A stretch of 64,000 nt of DNA from an uncultured Alphaproteobacteria bacterium (GCA_902613995.1 CACMJG010000002.1:74922-138921); one strand, 5' to 3'. Counted from the stretch's first letter, positions 42,137 to 54,678 are shown. A program made the numbers and translations. Notes: a model not told the origin generated them from the letters alone.

Positions 42137-42985
42137 TTATATTATGTCCAAACCAATATCCACTGAATTAGCAGAATTGGTTATTTTTCCTGTAGAAATA
42201 TAATCTGCACCTAAATTTGAAAATTTTGAAATATTATTAATAGAAATACCACCAGTAATTTCAAATTCAATATTCTTGTTATTTCTTAGTTTTATACAGT
42301 TTTGTATCTCTTTAGGCCTCATATTATCGAGAAGAATATATTTGGCTCCCATACTAATTGATGTTTTAACTTCATCAATGTTTTCGCATTCAATTTGAAA
42401 TTTTTGTTTTTTTTTATTTAATTTTGATATTGCAGTTTCAATTTTTCCTAATGCCTTTATATGATTATCTTTTACAAGAATCTGATCAAACAACCCCATC
42501 CTATGATCAATGGCACCTCCAATAACTGTTGCATATTTTTCGAAGACTCTTAATCCAGGAGTTGTTTTCCTCGTATTTTTTAATTTGGTGTTAGTTGAAT
42601 TCATCGCCAAAATAAATTTATGTGTAAGTGTTGAAATGCTAGAGAGGTGTTGTAAAAAATTAAGAACTGTTCGTTCGGTAGCCAAAATCACTTTTGAGTT
42701 TCCGGATATACTGAAGATTTTAGAATTTTTTTTTAATTTTGCTCCATCTTTATAAAAAGATAGAATTTTGATTTTGGGGAATTTCTTTTTAAAGAAGTAT
42801 CTAACGAACTCTGCTCCACATAAAATAATATTTTCTCTGTTTGATATTTCACATTTTAGTTCAGAACTATCATCTAGGAGATAATTTGAGGTAATATCAT
42901 TTTTTATACTTTTTCCATTAAGATCATTTTTTAGTTCATTGCAAAGTTTTTCAAAAGATTCTTTGAGAAGTTTCTTATCAGGCAC
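42137..42985 (-). CDS. nadC: Quinolinate phosphoribosyltransferase
   Basis: ER..LNFLQ, TRKT.PG.R..EKYA, HR.GL.D, KDNH, LLDNM. Confidence 0.93.
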   Translation of the reverse strand: MPDKKLLKESFEKLCNELKNDLNGKSIKNDITSNYLLDDSSELKCEISNRENIILCGAEFVRYFFKKKFPKIKILSFYKDGAKLKKNSKIFSISGNSKVILATERTVLNFLQHLSSISTLTHKFILAMNSTNTKLKNTRKTTPGLRVFEKYATVIGGAIDHRMGLFDQILVKDNHIKALGKIETAISKLNKKKQKFQIECENIDEVKTSISMGAKYILLDNMRPKEIQNCIKLRNNKNIEFEITGGISINNISKFSNLGADYISTGKITNSANSVDIGLDII

Positions 42986-42992
42986 AATATTT

Positions 42993-43937
42993 TTAGCTTA
43001 ATTTTAACATTGTATTTAAAGGTTTTTTTGCCTTCAAAATTAATTCGTTATCAATGTTAATTTCTGGTGACAAGTTTAGTAAACAATCTCTAAGTTTTTC
43101 TAAAGTATTAAGTTCCATGTAAGGACAATTGGAACAAGAGCATTTTCCATCATTGCCTGGAGCTATTAAGAATTCTTTGTTAGGCTCATTTTTTTTCATC
43201 TGATGGATAATATGAGGTTCTGTTGCAACTATAAATCTTTTACTTTCGTTCGTTGAAATAAATCTGAGCAGGGAAGAGGTTGAACCAATAAAATCAGCAT
43301 GATTAAGAATATTTTCAGGACATTCTGGATGGGCTATAATTTTTACACCATCTGTTCTAACTTTCATTTTGATTAATTCTCTTTCAGAAAATGTTTCGTG
43401 AACTATACAAGTGCCGTTCCATAGAACCATATTTCGTCCAGTAATCTTGTTGAGGTATCCTCCAAGATGTTTGTCTGGAGCAAAAATAATCTTTTGTTTA
43501 ACAGGTATGCTCTCTATAATTTTTCCAGCATTAGATGATGTTACAATTATATCTGATTCAGCTTTTATTTCTGCAGAACAATTTATATATGATAATACAA
43601 TGTGATTTGGATATTTTTTTTTGAATAATCGAAATTCATTCACTTGACAAGATTCTTCTAAAGAACAACCTGCATTGATATCTGGAAGAATAACTTTCTT
43701 ATGAGGACTTAATATCTTAGCTACTTCAGCCATAAATCTAACTCCACAAAAAACGATTACATCAGCATCATTTTTTTGAGCTTTTTTTGATAGATCAAGA
43801 GAGTCACCAATAAAATCAGCTATATCCTGTATATCTTCATCTTGATAAAAATGGGAAAGAATGATGGCATTATTTTTCTTTTTTAAGAAATTTATTTCAT
43901 CTTCAATATTTTTAAAATTTTGTTTTAAAGATTCCAT
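42993..43937 (-). CDS. nadA: Quinolinate synthase
   Basis: HFYQ, GDSL, FCGVRFMAE, AGCSL, C.VH, HPEC, CPYM. Confidence 0.95.
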   Translation of the reverse strand: MESLKQNFKNIEDEINFLKKKNNAIILSHFYQDEDIQDIADFIGDSLDLSKKAQKNDADVIVFCGVRFMAEVAKILSPHKKVILPDINAGCSLEESCQVNEFRLFKKKYPNHIVLSYINCSAEIKAESDIIVTSSNAGKIIESIPVKQKIIFAPDKHLGGYLNKITGRNMVLWNGTCIVHETFSERELIKMKVRTDGVKIIAHPECPENILNHADFIGSTSSLLRFISTNESKRFIVATEPHIIHQMKKNEPNKEFLIAPGNDGKCSCSNCPYMELNTLEKLRDCLLNLSPEINIDNELILKAKKPLNTMLKLS

Positions 43938-43944
43938 TAATTTA

Positions 43945-44979
43945 CTAATTAGTCGTTAAATTGTTATTAATATATTTATTAGTTCCCATTTCTTTAAGCC
44001 TAGATATAGTTCTTTTAAATTCAGAGGAATTTGTATTTCCTATGTATAATTCATCTAATCCTACATTGGAAGAGATAGAAAGTATATTTTTATTCTCATA
44101 CAAAACGTCAATAAAAGAAATGAACCTTGCTAAAATATTTTTTTTACTTTCATCTATTTGTCTGATATTTCTGAGTACAATGATTTTAATCTTTTTTGCT
44201 ATTAAATTATAATCTTGAAACTCTAGATTTTTTTCAAAAAAATTATCAAATTCTAAATCTATCAGATTTCCATAAACTTTTGTTAATTTAAAAGAATTTC
44301 CTTTTCGGTTAAATTCAATCTGTTTTGATGATTTTTCACTCGAAAATTCACTAACGATGTAATTTTGTTTTATAATTTTATTTTTTTTTTTTATTAGAAA
44401 AAAATCATGATCTATAGCCTTTCCAGCTCTGTAGTCATTTCTTGATTTTACTTTGAAAATTAAAAAAAAAGCTTTTAATTCATTTTTTATTTTTTCACAT
44501 AATTTAGGGTTAACAAGGTCATTGTAGACTGTTTCAAAGCTTTTATTTCCATTCATAATAATTTTAGTATTATACAACTTAATTTCTTCTAAAAATTTTC
44601 TGAATAAAATAAAACTAGTAAGATTATTTATGAAGAACTCGTCTATTAATATTAGCTTTTTTTTTTTAATATTTTTTAGGTAACTTAAGTTTTTCTCGCT
44701 TCTCGACTGAAGTTTAAAAATTAGATCATTGAAGTGCAATATCACTGATTGAGGATATATTTTTTTTAAAGCCTTAATAATTACTGATTTTCCTACCCCA
44801 ACCGAGCCATGAATATATAAACCGTTTTTTGTGTTTTTTTTTAATGTAAGAAGTCTAGGTTTTGAAAAATCAGAGATAAACTCTTGAATTTTTGATACGA
44901 CATCTAGCTGACAAGAATTTGGATGTATTTTAGTTACGTTTGTTAAATGTGATATAAGTTTAGAACTTAGATTTTTCAA
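43945..44979 (-). CDS. zapE: ZapE/AFG1-family ATPase (divergent)
   Basis: GLYIHGSVGVGKS, IDEF, DYR, RFI.FIDVLYE, F.RT.SRL.EM. TTG start at 44979, just after the sdhB stop, is preferred. Confidence 0.85.
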   Translation of the reverse strand: MKNLSSKLISHLTNVTKIHPNSCQLDVVSKIQEFISDFSKPRLLTLKKNTKNGLYIHGSVGVGKSVIIKALKKIYPQSVILHFNDLIFKLQSRSEKNLSYLKNIKKKKLILIDEFFINNLTSFILFRKFLEEIKLYNTKIIMNGNKSFETVYNDLVNPKLCEKIKNELKAFFLIFKVKSRNDYRAGKAIDHDFFLIKKKNKIIKQNYIVSEFSSEKSSKQIEFNRKGNSFKLTKVYGNLIDLEFDNFFEKNLEFQDYNLIAKKIKIIVLRNIRQIDESKKNILARFISFIDVLYENKNILSISSNVGLDELYIGNTNSSEFKRTISRLKEMGTNKYINNNLTTN

Positions 44980-44981
44980 AG

Positions 44982-45740
44982 TTATGATGAAACTTGAAGC
45001 TTTTTTATTTCTGAGATAGCTTTTGCGGGATTCAGATTTTTGGGACAAGTTTTTGTGCAATTCATAATTGTATGACATCTATAAAGTTTAAATTTATCTT
45101 TAAGTTCATTAAGCCTTTGTTTTTTATTTTTGTCTCTACTATCTACAATAAATCTATAGGCTTGAAGCAATATAGCTGGACCTAGAAATTTGTCTCCGTT
45201 CCACCAGTAGCTTGGACAAGATGTTGAGCAACAAGCACATAGTACACATTCATACAATCCATCTAGTTTTTTTCGGTCTTCGGGAGATTGCAAATTTTCT
45301 TTTTTTGAAGTTGTTTTATTTTTAAGCCATGGTTGGATAGACTCATATTGTTTATAAAAGTCACTCATGTCTGGGATTAAATCTTTTAGTACTCTCATAT
45401 GTGGCAGAGGGTAAATATTAATTTCTTTACCAACAATTGGTTTCAAACAAGCTAGAGTATTTGTGCCATTTACGTTCATTGAACATGATCCGCATATACC
45501 CTCCCTGCATGATCTCCTAAATGTAAGTGATGGATCTATCTTGTTTTTTATGAACATAAGAGCGTCTAAAACCATTGGTCCTAACTTTGATTTATCTATA
45601 AAAAATTTATCTAATCTTGGGTTGTCGCCAGATTCTCTGTTCCATCTATAAACATTGAATACGATTTTATTTTTTCCGTCTTTTCCGAAAGTTTTTCCTT
45701 CTAAAACCTTGGAGTGTTTAGGTAAAGATAATTGAACCAT
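44982..45740 (-). CDS. sdhB: Succinate dehydrogenase iron-sulfur subunit
   Basis: [35 protein letters not shown]...CP. Confidence 0.97.
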   Translation of the reverse strand: MVQLSLPKHSKVLEGKTFGKDGKNKIVFNVYRWNRESGDNPRLDKFFIDKSKLGPMVLDALMFIKNKIDPSLTFRRSCREGICGSCSMNVNGTNTLACLKPIVGKEINIYPLPHMRVLKDLIPDMSDFYKQYESIQPWLKNKTTSKKENLQSPEDRKKLDGLYECVLCACCSTSCPSYWWNGDKFLGPAILLQAYRFIVDSRDKNKKQRLNELKDKFKLYRCHTIMNCTKTCPKNLNPAKAISEIKKLQVSS

Positions 45741-45749
45741 ATATATAAA

Positions 45750-47531
45750 TTAATAAACTCTTGCTTTTGGTTCAATAGTTTTTATTTCTTTTGAGTTAGT
45801 CTTAAGATTAACCTTTCTGAATCTAGTCTCTGTTTTTCCGTCTTTCTTAGCCCAAATTAGAGAGTGTTTAAGCCATTTTTTGTCGTCTCTTTTAGAATAA
45901 TCTATTCTTGAATGGGCCCCCCTACTTTCTTTTCTATTTAAAGCACTCTCTACGCTTACAATTGCTTGAGATAATAGATTTTTTAATTCAAGGGCCTCTA
46001 TAACTTCAGTATTCCATATTAAGCTTTGATCATTAATTTTTATACTTTTAAAATCGTTTAAAAGGGATAATAGTTTACTTTTGCCTTCTAGCATTTTTTC
46101 TTCAGACCTGTATACAGGACAAAAGTTTTGCATAGTATGTTGCATTTCAAGTCTTATTGAAGCAACACTCTTTTTTCCATTAGAATTCCTAATATTTTCG
46201 AAGTTTTCTATTAATTTATTAACTGCATGATCTTTTATCTCAGGATTTTTCTTTTTCCTATCAATTATACTTTTGCATCTGTTGGCTGCTGACTTTCCGA
46301 ACACAACTAAATCCAGTAGAGAGTTAGACCCCAATCTATTAGCTCCGTGGACTGATACACATGCGGCTTCTCCAATCGACATCAACCCAGGCACAACTAC
46401 TTCGTTATCTTTTGAGTCCAAATTTAGTACTTCTCCATGAATATTAGTTGGAATTCCTCCCATATTATAATGTACTGTAGGTTGAACAGGAATTGGTTTC
46501 TTTCGTACATCGACGCCGGCAAAAATTTTTGCTGATTCTGTAATTCCGGGGAGCTTTTCTTGAAGGACCTTAGGGTCGAGATGATGTAAATTTAGATGAA
46601 TATGATCTTTTCTAGGACCACAACCTCTTCCTTCCATTATTTCTGTTGTCATAGATCGAGATACAACATCTCTACTGGCTAGATCTTTAGCATTTGGAGC
46701 ATATCTTTCCATAAACCTCTCTCCAGCACTATTTGTCAAATACCCCCCTTCTCCTCTAGCACCCTCTGTTATCAAAACACCAACACCATATATTCCTGTT
46801 GGGTGAAATTGTGTAAATTCCATATCTTGAAGTGGCAAGCCTGCTCTAAGAACCATCCCACCTCCGTCTCCAGTGCAGGTGTGAGCTGAAGTACATGAAA
46901 AATAGGCTCTTCCATAGCCTCCGGTTGCTAAAATTACCATTTTAGCTGAAAAAATATAAAACTCTCCATCATGCAAATTAAACGTGAGCACCCCACAGCA
47001 TTCATTTTTGTCGTTCATAATTAGATCTATTGCAAAATATTCGATAAAAAAATTGGCATTATTTGAAAGGGATTGTTGATATAAAGTATGAAGCATTGCA
47101 TGACCCGTTCTATCTGCAGCTGCACATGTTCTCTGCGCAATACCCTCTCCAAAATGAGTTGTCATTCCACCAAATGGCCTTTGGTAGATTTTCCCCTTTT
47201 CTGTTCTGGAAAATGGGACACCAAAGTGCTCAAGTTCAATCACGGCCTCTGGTGCTTCTTTACACATAAAAGCAATTGCATCTTGATCACCTAGCCAGTC
47301 CGAACCTTTCACAGTATCATACATATGCCATTTCCAGTCATCCTCACCCATATTACCAAGTGCAGCACTTATTCCTCCCTGAGCGGCAACTGTATGACTT
47401 CTTGTTGGAAAAACTTTTGATACACAAGCAGTTTTCAATCCATGAGACGCACATCCCATAACCGCTCTTAGTCCAGAGCCCCCTGCGCCGACTACAACAA
47501 CATCAAAATTATGTGTTTTAATATTATTCAT
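45750..47531 (-). CDS. sdhA: Succinate dehydrogenase flavoprotein
   Basis: [33 protein letters not shown]. Confidence 0.97.
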   Translation of the reverse strand: MNNIKTHNFDVVVVGAGGSGLRAVMGCASHGLKTACVSKVFPTRSHTVAAQGGISAALGNMGEDDWKWHMYDTVKGSDWLGDQDAIAFMCKEAPEAVIELEHFGVPFSRTEKGKIYQRPFGGMTTHFGEGIAQRTCAAADRTGHAMLHTLYQQSLSNNANFFIEYFAIDLIMNDKNECCGVLTFNLHDGEFYIFSAKMVILATGGYGRAYFSCTSAHTCTGDGGGMVLRAGLPLQDMEFTQFHPTGIYGVGVLITEGARGEGGYLTNSAGERFMERYAPNAKDLASRDVVSRSMTTEIMEGRGCGPRKDHIHLNLHHLDPKVLQEKLPGITESAKIFAGVDVRKKPIPVQPTVHYNMGGIPTNIHGEVLNLDSKDNEVVVPGLMSIGEAACVSVHGANRLGSNSLLDLVVFGKSAANRCKSIIDRKKKNPEIKDHAVNKLIENFENIRNSNGKKSVASIRLEMQHTMQNFCPVYRSEEKMLEGKSKLLSLLNDFKSIKINDQSLIWNTEVIEALELKNLLSQAIVSVESALNRKESRGAHSRIDYSKRDDKKWLKHSLIWAKKDGKTETRFRKVNLKTNSKEIKTIEPKARVY

Positions 47532-47860
47532 AAATTTAATTTTACTAAACTAAATATTGTTATAAAAAAAAGAACTACAAAGAAAAAGTTTTTAATTAAA
47601 ATTATTTTTTGTTTTAAGGATTCCTCATGAATATAATCATCTATTATTGACGAGAGCCCAATATTTGAATGCAGTATAATTGCAGAAAGCATTACTAAAA
47701 TCGAAAATGAATTTAAATAGTTTTTGAACCATCCCCTTATCACGTCATAGTTTTGAAGTTCTAGACCATATAAAGAATAGACTGTATAAAAGGATGCAAT
47801 TAAAAACAAAATTGCAAAAATTTTTTGAAATAACCATTTTGATGTGTAAGTAAAATTCAT
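47528..47860 (-). CDS. sdhD: Succinate dehydrogenase membrane anchor
   Basis: W..Q, H..IG...IIDDY; TGATG overlap with sdhC. Confidence 0.88.
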   Translation of the reverse strand: MNFTYTSKWLFQKIFAILFLIASFYTVYSLYGLELQNYDVIRGWFKNYLNSFSILVMLSAIILHSNIGLSSIIDDYIHEESLKQKIILIKNFFFVVLFFITIFSLVKLNL

Positions 47861-48243
47861 CAAAACAGCCCCAGTAACCTAGAAATTAAAATGCTGGAAA
47901 TGATGGAAGTAGCGATAATAAAATATCCAAAAATTGCTGAAGATCTACTTCCAAGAAGAAAACCAAAGTCCCAAATTATATGACGAATACCATTTAAAAA
48001 ATGGTATGAAAAACCTAGAATAGCTAAAAATATTATAATTTTTATTGGAAAAAAAGTAATTAAAGAAATTAATAACTCAAAGTAACTCTCTCCCAAAGTA
48101 ATACAGAGGAGACCAAGTACTAATATTACCAATACAAAGTTCAATGCTACACCAGAAATTCTGTGAGAAATTGAGAGCAAAGAAGTAATTTGAGGTTTGT
48201 AAATTTGCAGATGAGGTGAAAGAGGGAGGTCTTGTTTTTTCAT
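47860..48243 (-). CDS. sdhC: Succinate dehydrogenase cytochrome b556 subunit
   Basis: PLSPHLQIY, SI.HRISG, H..NGIRH..WD.G. Confidence 0.95.
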   Translation of the reverse strand: MKKQDLPLSPHLQIYKPQITSLLSISHRISGVALNFVLVILVLGLLCITLGESYFELLISLITFFPIKIIIFLAILGFSYHFLNGIRHIIWDFGFLLGSRSSAIFGYFIIATSIISSILISRLLGLF

Positions 48244-49280
48244 TTTATAGGTATTAAAACAGAATATTCTAAGTCAAGGACTATATTATCAGTGAGGTTT
48301 TTTTTGTCTGGAAAATTCATTTTTGAATCGTTTTTTGATGCTAAAGTTCGGATCATCATCGCACCAACATTTTTATGGATAATTTCTTTCTCCAAAATCT
48401 TTGACCAAGCGTATATGGTATCACCAGCAAAGGTTGGAGCGGAATGCTTTCCTGAATGAATTGCTGCCAGCTTGAAAGTATTTGCAAGACCATTACAACT
48501 AATCGCTCTTGCAAGAGATATTATATAACCACCATATATTATTCTTTTTCCAAATCTTCCAGATTTTTCAATATGCTGATTGAAATGAACTCTCGCATTA
48601 TTTTGATAAAGACGAGTAGCTAATTGATGTTCTGCTTCCTCAATTGTCTGACCATCCAGATGATGTATTTCTTCTTCTTCTGCATAGTCATTAAAATAAA
48701 AACTACTTCCAGACACTGAAGATGACCATTTATCAATGTCAAAATTTTCAATGAGATTAAAATCTTTAGTTTTAACTTTATCTGGTAGATTAGGAACAGT
48801 ATTTTGGAATGATTTTATCATACCTTCATTTCTTTTCCTCATCATAAGCCATCTGTTATAAGTTAGAACAATCTCATCATTTTGATTTTTACCTGTTGAT
48901 TCTACATAAACAGTTCCAGTTTTTCCATTTGAATTTTCTTTTAATCCAATAATTTTGGAGCTTGCATTTAAAGTGTCCCCTACAAAAACAGGCTTATGAA
49001 ATTTAACACCAGCGTAACCTAAATTTGCTATCGCATTCAAAGATAAATCAGGGACTGTTCTTCCAAAAACCATATGAAACAATAAAATATCATCTATTGG
49101 GATTTTTTTAAGTCCTAAAGTTTTTGAAAATTCAGCAGAATAATTCAAAGGAAATCTGCTACCCGTTGTACTAAGATATATTGCAACATCACCATCCGTA
49201 ATCGTTCGGGGAACACTGTGATTAATTTCTTCATTTAATTTATAATCTTCGAAATATCTGCTTTTAAAGTTTTTTTTCAT
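48240..49280 (-). CDS. mch: Mesaconyl-CoA hydratase (double hot-dog MaoC)
   Basis: YFEDY, PRTIT.GD, VFGRTVPDLSLNAIANLGY, YQN.A.VHF, YGG..IS. Confidence 0.88.
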   Translation of the reverse strand: MKKNFKSRYFEDYKLNEEINHSVPRTITDGDVAIYLSTTGSRFPLNYSAEFSKTLGLKKIPIDDILLFHMVFGRTVPDLSLNAIANLGYAGVKFHKPVFVGDTLNASSKIIGLKENSNGKTGTVYVESTGKNQNDEIVLTYNRWLMMRKRNEGMIKSFQNTVPNLPDKVKTKDFNLIENFDIDKWSSSVSGSSFYFNDYAEEEEIHHLDGQTIEEAEHQLATRLYQNNARVHFNQHIEKSGRFGKRIIYGGYIISLARAISCNGLANTFKLAAIHSGKHSAPTFAGDTIYAWSKILEKEIIHKNVGAMMIRTLASKNDSKMNFPDKKNLTDNIVLDLEYSVLIPIK

Positions 49281-49282
49281 TT

Positions 49283-50296
49283 CTATTTCATTTTATTTTT
49301 AATAATTAACTCCGCAATTTGAACTGTATTTAAAGCAGCACCCTTCCTTAAATTATCTGCAACAACCCATAAGCCAATTGTTTTTTTATTTGCTCCTAAT
49401 CTTAATCTACTTATAAACACGTCATCCTCTCCAGCTGACTCGTCAGGAGTTACATATCCTCCGTCTATTTTTTTATCAACCAGAGATAAGCCAGGAAACT
49501 TTTTAATATTAGATATAAGTTTTTTAAGATCAATTGTTTTTTCTGTTTCTAAATAAATGGCTTCGCCGTGACCAACGAAAACTGGAACTCTGACACAAGT
49601 TGAGAAGATCTCAAATTTATCATTAAAAATTTTTTGAGTTTCTTCGATCATTTTTTTTTCTTCCTTTGTTGAACCGTCATCTAAAAATTCGTCGATATGT
49701 GGAATTAAATTAAATGCAATTTTTTTTGTAAAATTTTTGGCAACAAGTGGTTTATTTTTATACACATCAAGAGTTTGGTGAAAAAGTTCATCCATTGCAG
49801 ATTTTCCTGCTCCAGAGGTTGACTGGTAAGTCGCAACTATAATTTTTTTTATTTTAAAAAGATCATGTATTGGCTTGAGTGCCATAACCATCTGAATTGT
49901 CGAGCAATTTGGATTGGAAACAATTTTTTTTTTTAAGTCAAGTATATCCTTCGGATTTACTTCTGGAACAATTAAGGGTATTCCTTTTTTCATTCTAAAA
50001 TGAGACGTATTGTCGACAACAATAGCACCATCTCTGGTTGCTTTAGGCACAAACTTTGCTGAAATTTTGGAACCAGGTGACGACAAAACTAATTCTGTTT
50101 CTTTAAATTTAAATTTATCAAGTGACTGCACCTCTAACTCTTTTCCATTTCCATAAGGTATTTTTAATCCCTCAGATCTTGAAGACGCAACTGCAAAGAT
50201 TTTATTAATGGGGAAATTTCTATCGTCTAGAATATTGAGTATTTCTCTCCCAACATTTCCAGTTGCCCCGACAACTGCAACATTGTATTTTTTCAT
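49283..50296 (-). CDS. asd: Aspartate-semialdehyde dehydrogenase
   Basis: [31 protein letters not shown]. Confidence 0.96.
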   Translation of the reverse strand: MKKYNVAVVGATGNVGREILNILDDRNFPINKIFAVASSRSEGLKIPYGNGKELEVQSLDKFKFKETELVLSSPGSKISAKFVPKATRDGAIVVDNTSHFRMKKGIPLIVPEVNPKDILDLKKKIVSNPNCSTIQMVMALKPIHDLFKIKKIIVATYQSTSGAGKSAMDELFHQTLDVYKNKPLVAKNFTKKIAFNLIPHIDEFLDDGSTKEEKKMIEETQKIFNDKFEIFSTCVRVPVFVGHGEAIYLETEKTIDLKKLISNIKKFPGLSLVDKKIDGGYVTPDESAGEDDVFISRLRLGANKKTIGLWVVADNLRKGAALNTVQIAELIIKNKMK

Positions 50297-51393
50297 TCTT
50301 TTATTTCCTCCAAGACTTTATCTCCCATTTCGTTAGTTGATAAAAGAATCTTATTTTCACTGTATATATCTTTTGTTCGAAATCCTTTTTCTAAAACTGA
50401 TCTAACTGCATCATTAATCTTTTCTGCAATGACTTTTTGATCCAATGAGTATTCAAACATCATCCCAACACTTAAAATCATTGCCAAAGGATTTGATACG
50501 CCCTGTCCTGAAATATCCGGTGCCGAGCCGTGAACTGGCTCATACATTGCTTTTTTTTGGCCCTTCGAATTGATGCCAATCGAAGCTGACGGCAACATGC
50601 CAAGAGATCCTGTAAGCATGGATGCGCAATCTGATAGTATGTCCCCAAACATGTTAGTTGTAACAATTACATCAAATTGTTTTGGATTTCTTACTAACTG
50701 CATTGAGGCATTATCTACATACATATGCGAAAGTTCAACTTCGGGATATTTTTTGGAAGTTTCTATCATCACTTCCCTCCATAGTTCAGTTGATTCCAGA
50801 ACATTTGCTTTATCGACAGAACATAATTTTTTTGATCTAGACATGGCTGTTTTAAAAGCTACCTCTGCTATTCTCTCAATTTCTTTACTCGTGTATACAA
50901 GCGTATTATATCCCTTGTAGTTTTTATCATCAATTTTTTCAATTCCTCTTGGTTCTCCAAAATATATGCCGCTTGTCAATTCTCTTATAATCAAAATGTC
51001 TAAATCTTTAATTACTTCTGGTTTTAAACTCGATGAATCAATGAGAGGGTCAAATACAATTGCAGGCCTATAATTTGCAAATAAATCTAATTCTTTTCTT
51101 ATCTTCAAAAGACCTCTTTCAGGTCTTTTTTCAAAATCCATTTTTTCCCATTTTGGTCCTCCAACTGCTCCCAATAAAATAGCATCAGATTGTTTAATAC
51201 TTTTTAATGTTTGATCTGACAAAGGAGTTCCGAATTTATCAATTGATGCACCACCAACATATTCTTCAACTAAATTTATGTTAAAAGTTGCGTTGCTGGA
51301 AATCCAATCAATGATCTTTCTTGCTTCTTTTGCAATTTCCTCTCCGATTCCATCACCTGGAAGAATAGAAATATTATAAGAGTCCGTCTGCAT
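50293..51393 (-). CDS. leuB: 3-isopropylmalate dehydrogenase
   Basis: [39 protein letters not shown]. Confidence 0.96.
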   Translation of the reverse strand: MQTDSYNISILPGDGIGEEIAKEARKIIDWISSNATFNINLVEEYVGGASIDKFGTPLSDQTLKSIKQSDAILLGAVGGPKWEKMDFEKRPERGLLKIRKELDLFANYRPAIVFDPLIDSSSLKPEVIKDLDILIIRELTSGIYFGEPRGIEKIDDKNYKGYNTLVYTSKEIERIAEVAFKTAMSRSKKLCSVDKANVLESTELWREVMIETSKKYPEVELSHMYVDNASMQLVRNPKQFDVIVTTNMFGDILSDCASMLTGSLGMLPSASIGINSKGQKKAMYEPVHGSAPDISGQGVSNPLAMILSVGMMFEYSLDQKVIAEKINDAVRSVLEKGFRTKDIYSENKILLSTNEMGDKVLEEIKE

Positions 51394-51420
51394 TTTATTT
51401 AAGAATTATTTTTTTTAAGA

Positions 51421-52026
51421 TCAAATCATTAACCATGATCTGGATTTGTTGAGTTTCAGTTCATAATCATCAATTTTTTCAGATTTTTTTAAAGTAAGAG
51501 CAATGTCGTCTAAACCCTCTAAAAGACATTTTTTTCTAAAAGGATCTATATCAAAATTGATATTGATTTCGCTCCCACACGAAATTACTTGTTTAGGCAA
51601 ATCAACGGTGAGTAAATTTTTATTCTCTGCTTGTTTAATTAAAATATCATTTTCAGAATTATTTACTTTTATAGGCAAAATTCCATTTTTAAAGCAATTA
51701 TTAAAGAAAATATCTGCGAAACTAGGGGCTATTATGCATCTAAAACCAAAATCTAACAATGACCAAGGTGCGTGCTCTCTGCTACTCCCACAACCAAAAT
51801 TATCTCCAGTAATTAGTATTTTAGCATTTTTATAAAACTCCCAATTAAGTACAAAATCATTTTTTAAATTGCCGTTAATGTCATACCTGAGTTCATGAAA
51901 TAGATTTTTACCTAAACCTGATCTTTTAATAGTTTTGAGAAACTGTTTTGGAATAATCATATCTGTATCAACATTAATCATTGGAAGTGGGGCTGCAATT
52001 GCCTTTATTTTATCAAATTTTTTCAC
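51421..52026 (-). CDS. leuD: 3-isopropylmalate dehydratase small subunit
   Basis: [24 protein letters not shown]. Confidence 0.96.
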   Translation of the reverse strand: MKKFDKIKAIAAPLPMINVDTDMIIPKQFLKTIKRSGLGKNLFHELRYDINGNLKNDFVLNWEFYKNAKILITGDNFGCGSSREHAPWSLLDFGFRCIIAPSFADIFFNNCFKNGILPIKVNNSENDILIKQAENKNLLTVDLPKQVISCGSEININFDIDPFRKKCLLEGLDDIALTLKKSEKIDDYELKLNKSRSWLMI

Positions 52027-53421
52027 TTATATATCTTCTACCAAGCTCAACTTACCCTTGAGTGCCGTGGCAGCTGCTACAGCCGGACTAACAAGATGAG
52101 TTCTGCCCTCTCTACCTTGCCTTCCTTCAAAATTTCTGTTTGATGTTGAGGCACACCTTTCTTTTGGTTTAAGTTGATCGGGGTTCATAGCAAGACACAT
52201 CGAGCACCCTGGTTCCCTCCAGTCAAAGCCAGCATCTTTAAGGATCTTATCGATACCTTCTTGTTCTGCTTGTTGTTTAACAAGTCCAGAGCCAGGAACA
52301 ATCATAGAGTTGACAATTACTTTTTTACCTTCAACAACTTTCGCAACTTCTCTTAGATCCTCTATTCTTCCATTAGTACATGATCCTATAAACACTCTGT
52401 CAATTTCAATGTCTTTAATCTTTTGATTAGGGGTTAGCCCCATGTAATCTAGAGATCTTTGCACAGCGCCTCGTCTTTTGGAATCTGAAATTTTTTTTGG
52501 GTCAGGAGTTTTGCCATTTATCGAAACAACGTCTTGTGGACTGGTTCCCCAAGTAACCTGAGGTTCTATAGAACTTGCTTTGATTTTTACTTCCTTGTCA
52601 TACATTGCATCCGGTTCTGATGTGAGACTTTTCCAATATTTGATAGCTTTAGTCCAGTTCTCTGCTGTCGGAGCGTATGGTCTACCTTTTATATATTCAA
52701 ATGTTTTCTCATCCGGAGCAATTAGCCCAGCTCTCGCACCAGCCTCAATGCTCATATTGCAAATGGTCATTCTGCCTTCCATTGTGAGTTTTGAAATGGC
52801 TTCGCCAGAGTATTCAATTACAAAGCCAGTCCCGCCAGCAGTTCCAATTTCTCCAATTATTTTCAAAATGATGTCCTTGGAAGTAATGCTAGGGCTCACA
52901 TTTCCAGTAACGCTGATTCGCATATTTTTTGCTGGTTTTTGTATCAATGTTTGAGTTGCTAAAACGTGCTCAACTTCGCTTGTTCCAATACCGAATGCCA
53001 GAGCTCCAAATGCCCCGTGCGTCGCAGTATGACTATCACCACAAACAATTGTCATGCCGGGTTGCGTTATTCCTTGTTCGGGACCAACTATATGAACAAT
53101 CCCTTGTCGCTTATCCATTAAAGGAAAAAAGTTAACCTTGAATTCTTGGCAGTTTTTCTCTAAGGTTTCAACTTGAATTCTACTTTCTTTGTTCTTTATC
53201 CCCTTGGATCTATCACTTGTAGGTACATTATGATCAGCAACAGCAAAGGTATGACTTGGTTTTCTCACAACTCTGCCATTATTTCTTAGTCCCTCGAAGG
53301 CTTGCGGGCTAGTGACTTCATGAACAAGATGTCTATCAATGTAAATAAGGCATGTTCCGTCATCTTGTTTTTCAACTAAATGACTGTCCCAAATTTTATC
53401 AAATAGTGTTTTAGGTTTCAT
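52027..53421 (-). CDS. leuC: 3-isopropylmalate dehydratase large subunit
   Basis: [37 protein letters not shown]. Confidence 0.97.
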   Translation of the reverse strand: MKPKTLFDKIWDSHLVEKQDDGTCLIYIDRHLVHEVTSPQAFEGLRNNGRVVRKPSHTFAVADHNVPTSDRSKGIKNKESRIQVETLEKNCQEFKVNFFPLMDKRQGIVHIVGPEQGITQPGMTIVCGDSHTATHGAFGALAFGIGTSEVEHVLATQTLIQKPAKNMRISVTGNVSPSITSKDIILKIIGEIGTAGGTGFVIEYSGEAISKLTMEGRMTICNMSIEAGARAGLIAPDEKTFEYIKGRPYAPTAENWTKAIKYWKSLTSEPDAMYDKEVKIKASSIEPQVTWGTSPQDVVSINGKTPDPKKISDSKRRGAVQRSLDYMGLTPNQKIKDIEIDRVFIGSCTNGRIEDLREVAKVVEGKKVIVNSMIVPGSGLVKQQAEQEGIDKILKDAGFDWREPGCSMCLAMNPDQLKPKERCASTSNRNFEGRQGREGRTHLVSPAVAAATALKGKLSLVEDI

Positions 53422-53458
53422 ACAATAAATATATAACCCATTAAAAGTCTAAAAAGTA

Positions 53459-53974
53459 TTATTTTTTTTCATCAACTTTTTCTTTTTCTTCTGCAGAAAT
53501 ATTGGTGTCATTAACAATATCCTTCGTCGCCTTATTATCATCTGATACTTTATTTGAGTTAGATTGTTTAGGAGAGGTATTATTATTTTTTTCTAACTCT
53601 TTATTTAAAGGAGTTGCAACGTTTTTTTCAGCTATCCTGGCTGATTTACCACTTCTTTTTCTAAGATAGTACAGTTTTGACCTTCTTACACTACCAACCT
53701 TCACTACTTCAATCTTATTTATTTGGGGTGAAAACAGTGGAAGTATTCTCTCAATACCTTCACCATAAGATATTTTTCTTACCGTGAATGAAGAATTTAG
53801 ACCAGCATTTTTCTTGGAAATACAAACACCCTCGAAAACTTGAATTCTTTCCTTTTCGCCTTCTTTAACCTTCAAGTGAACTTTAATTGTATCACCAGAG
53901 CTAAATTTGGGTAATTTATTGTCTGATTGTAATTCTTTTAAATGTTCTTTTTCAAATTTTTCAAGTGTGTTCAT
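53459..53974 (-). CDS. rplS: 50S ribosomal protein L19 with C-terminal extension
   Basis: GDT..V, R.Q.FEG, VRK.S.G.G.ER, VRR.KLYYLR. Confidence 0.96.
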   Translation of the reverse strand: MNTLEKFEKEHLKELQSDNKLPKFSSGDTIKVHLKVKEGEKERIQVFEGVCISKKNAGLNSSFTVRKISYGEGIERILPLFSPQINKIEVVKVGSVRRSKLYYLRKRSGKSARIAEKNVATPLNKELEKNNNTSPKQSNSNKVSDDNKATKDIVNDTNISAEEKEKVDEKK

Positions 53975-54678
53975 TTTTCCCCCTTATTCTTCTCACAGTA
54001 TAGCTTGTACAAATCTGGTCTTACATTTTTAGTTTTTTCGATTGATTTTATCAACCGCCAATCTGAAATTTTTTTATGGTTTCCACTAAGAAGAACATCT
54101 GGAACATTAAGACCTCTCCAATTGCTTGGTTTGGTATAATGTGGATATTCCAATAAATGGTTTTGAAAACTTTCAAATTTCAAACTATTTTTATTACCTA
54201 ATACTTCAGGAATTAATCTTACGCAAGTATCAATTAAAATAATTGAGGGTATTTCTCCACCAGATAGAATAAAGTCACCGATTGAATATTCTTCTATGGC
54301 ATTATATTTTAAAAATCTCTCATCAATTCCCTCATATCTTCCACATATAATTACTAATTCATCAAACGTAACTAATTTATTGACTACGTCAGTATTTACT
54401 GTCTGGCCCCCTGGAGATAAAAATATAATTTTTTTATTTTTAATATTATCTTTTGTAGCATAATCCAAAGCATTTTGCATAACATCAGGTTTGATTACCA
54501 TTCCTGCTCCTCCGCCGAAGGGTCTTTCGTCTACAGAATTTGATTTATTATCTGAAAAATCTCTGATATTTATTACCTCTATCTCAAATAACTTTTTTGA
54601 TAGTGCTTTTCCTGAAATCGAGTGAGCTAAGGGCCCAGGAAACATTTCAGGAAATAAAGTAAGAATCTTAAATTTCAT
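53971..54678 (-). CDS. trmD: tRNA (guanine-N1)-methyltransferase
   Basis: [39 protein letters not shown]. Confidence 0.96.
   Translation of the reverse strand: MKFKILTLFPEMFPGPLAHSISGKALSKKLFEIEVINIRDFSDNKSNSVDERPFGGGAGMVIKPDVMQNALDYATKDNIKNKKIIFLSPGGQTVNTDVVNKLVTFDELVIICGRYEGIDERFLKYNAIEEYSIGDFILSGGEIPSIILIDTCVRLIPEVLGNKNSLKFESFQNHLLEYPHYTKPSNWRGLNVPDVLLSGNHKKISDWRLIKSIEKTKNVRPDLYKLYCEKNKGEK

Noticed and set aside
44980..45078. Long gene overlaps implied by track starts (zapE 45078, also lysA 9713, proB 22000, xerC 37566, ecm 2233)
   Set aside because: Downstream starts that are coupled to the neighbouring gene or match the family N-terminus fit better. The extensions are longest-ORF artefacts.
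52027..53421. Locally higher GC in leuC, mcd and atpAD as horizontal transfer
   Set aside because: It tracks conserved Gly/Ala-rich proteins (atpAD and leuC in standard synteny), with no mobility signatures. Not quantified.
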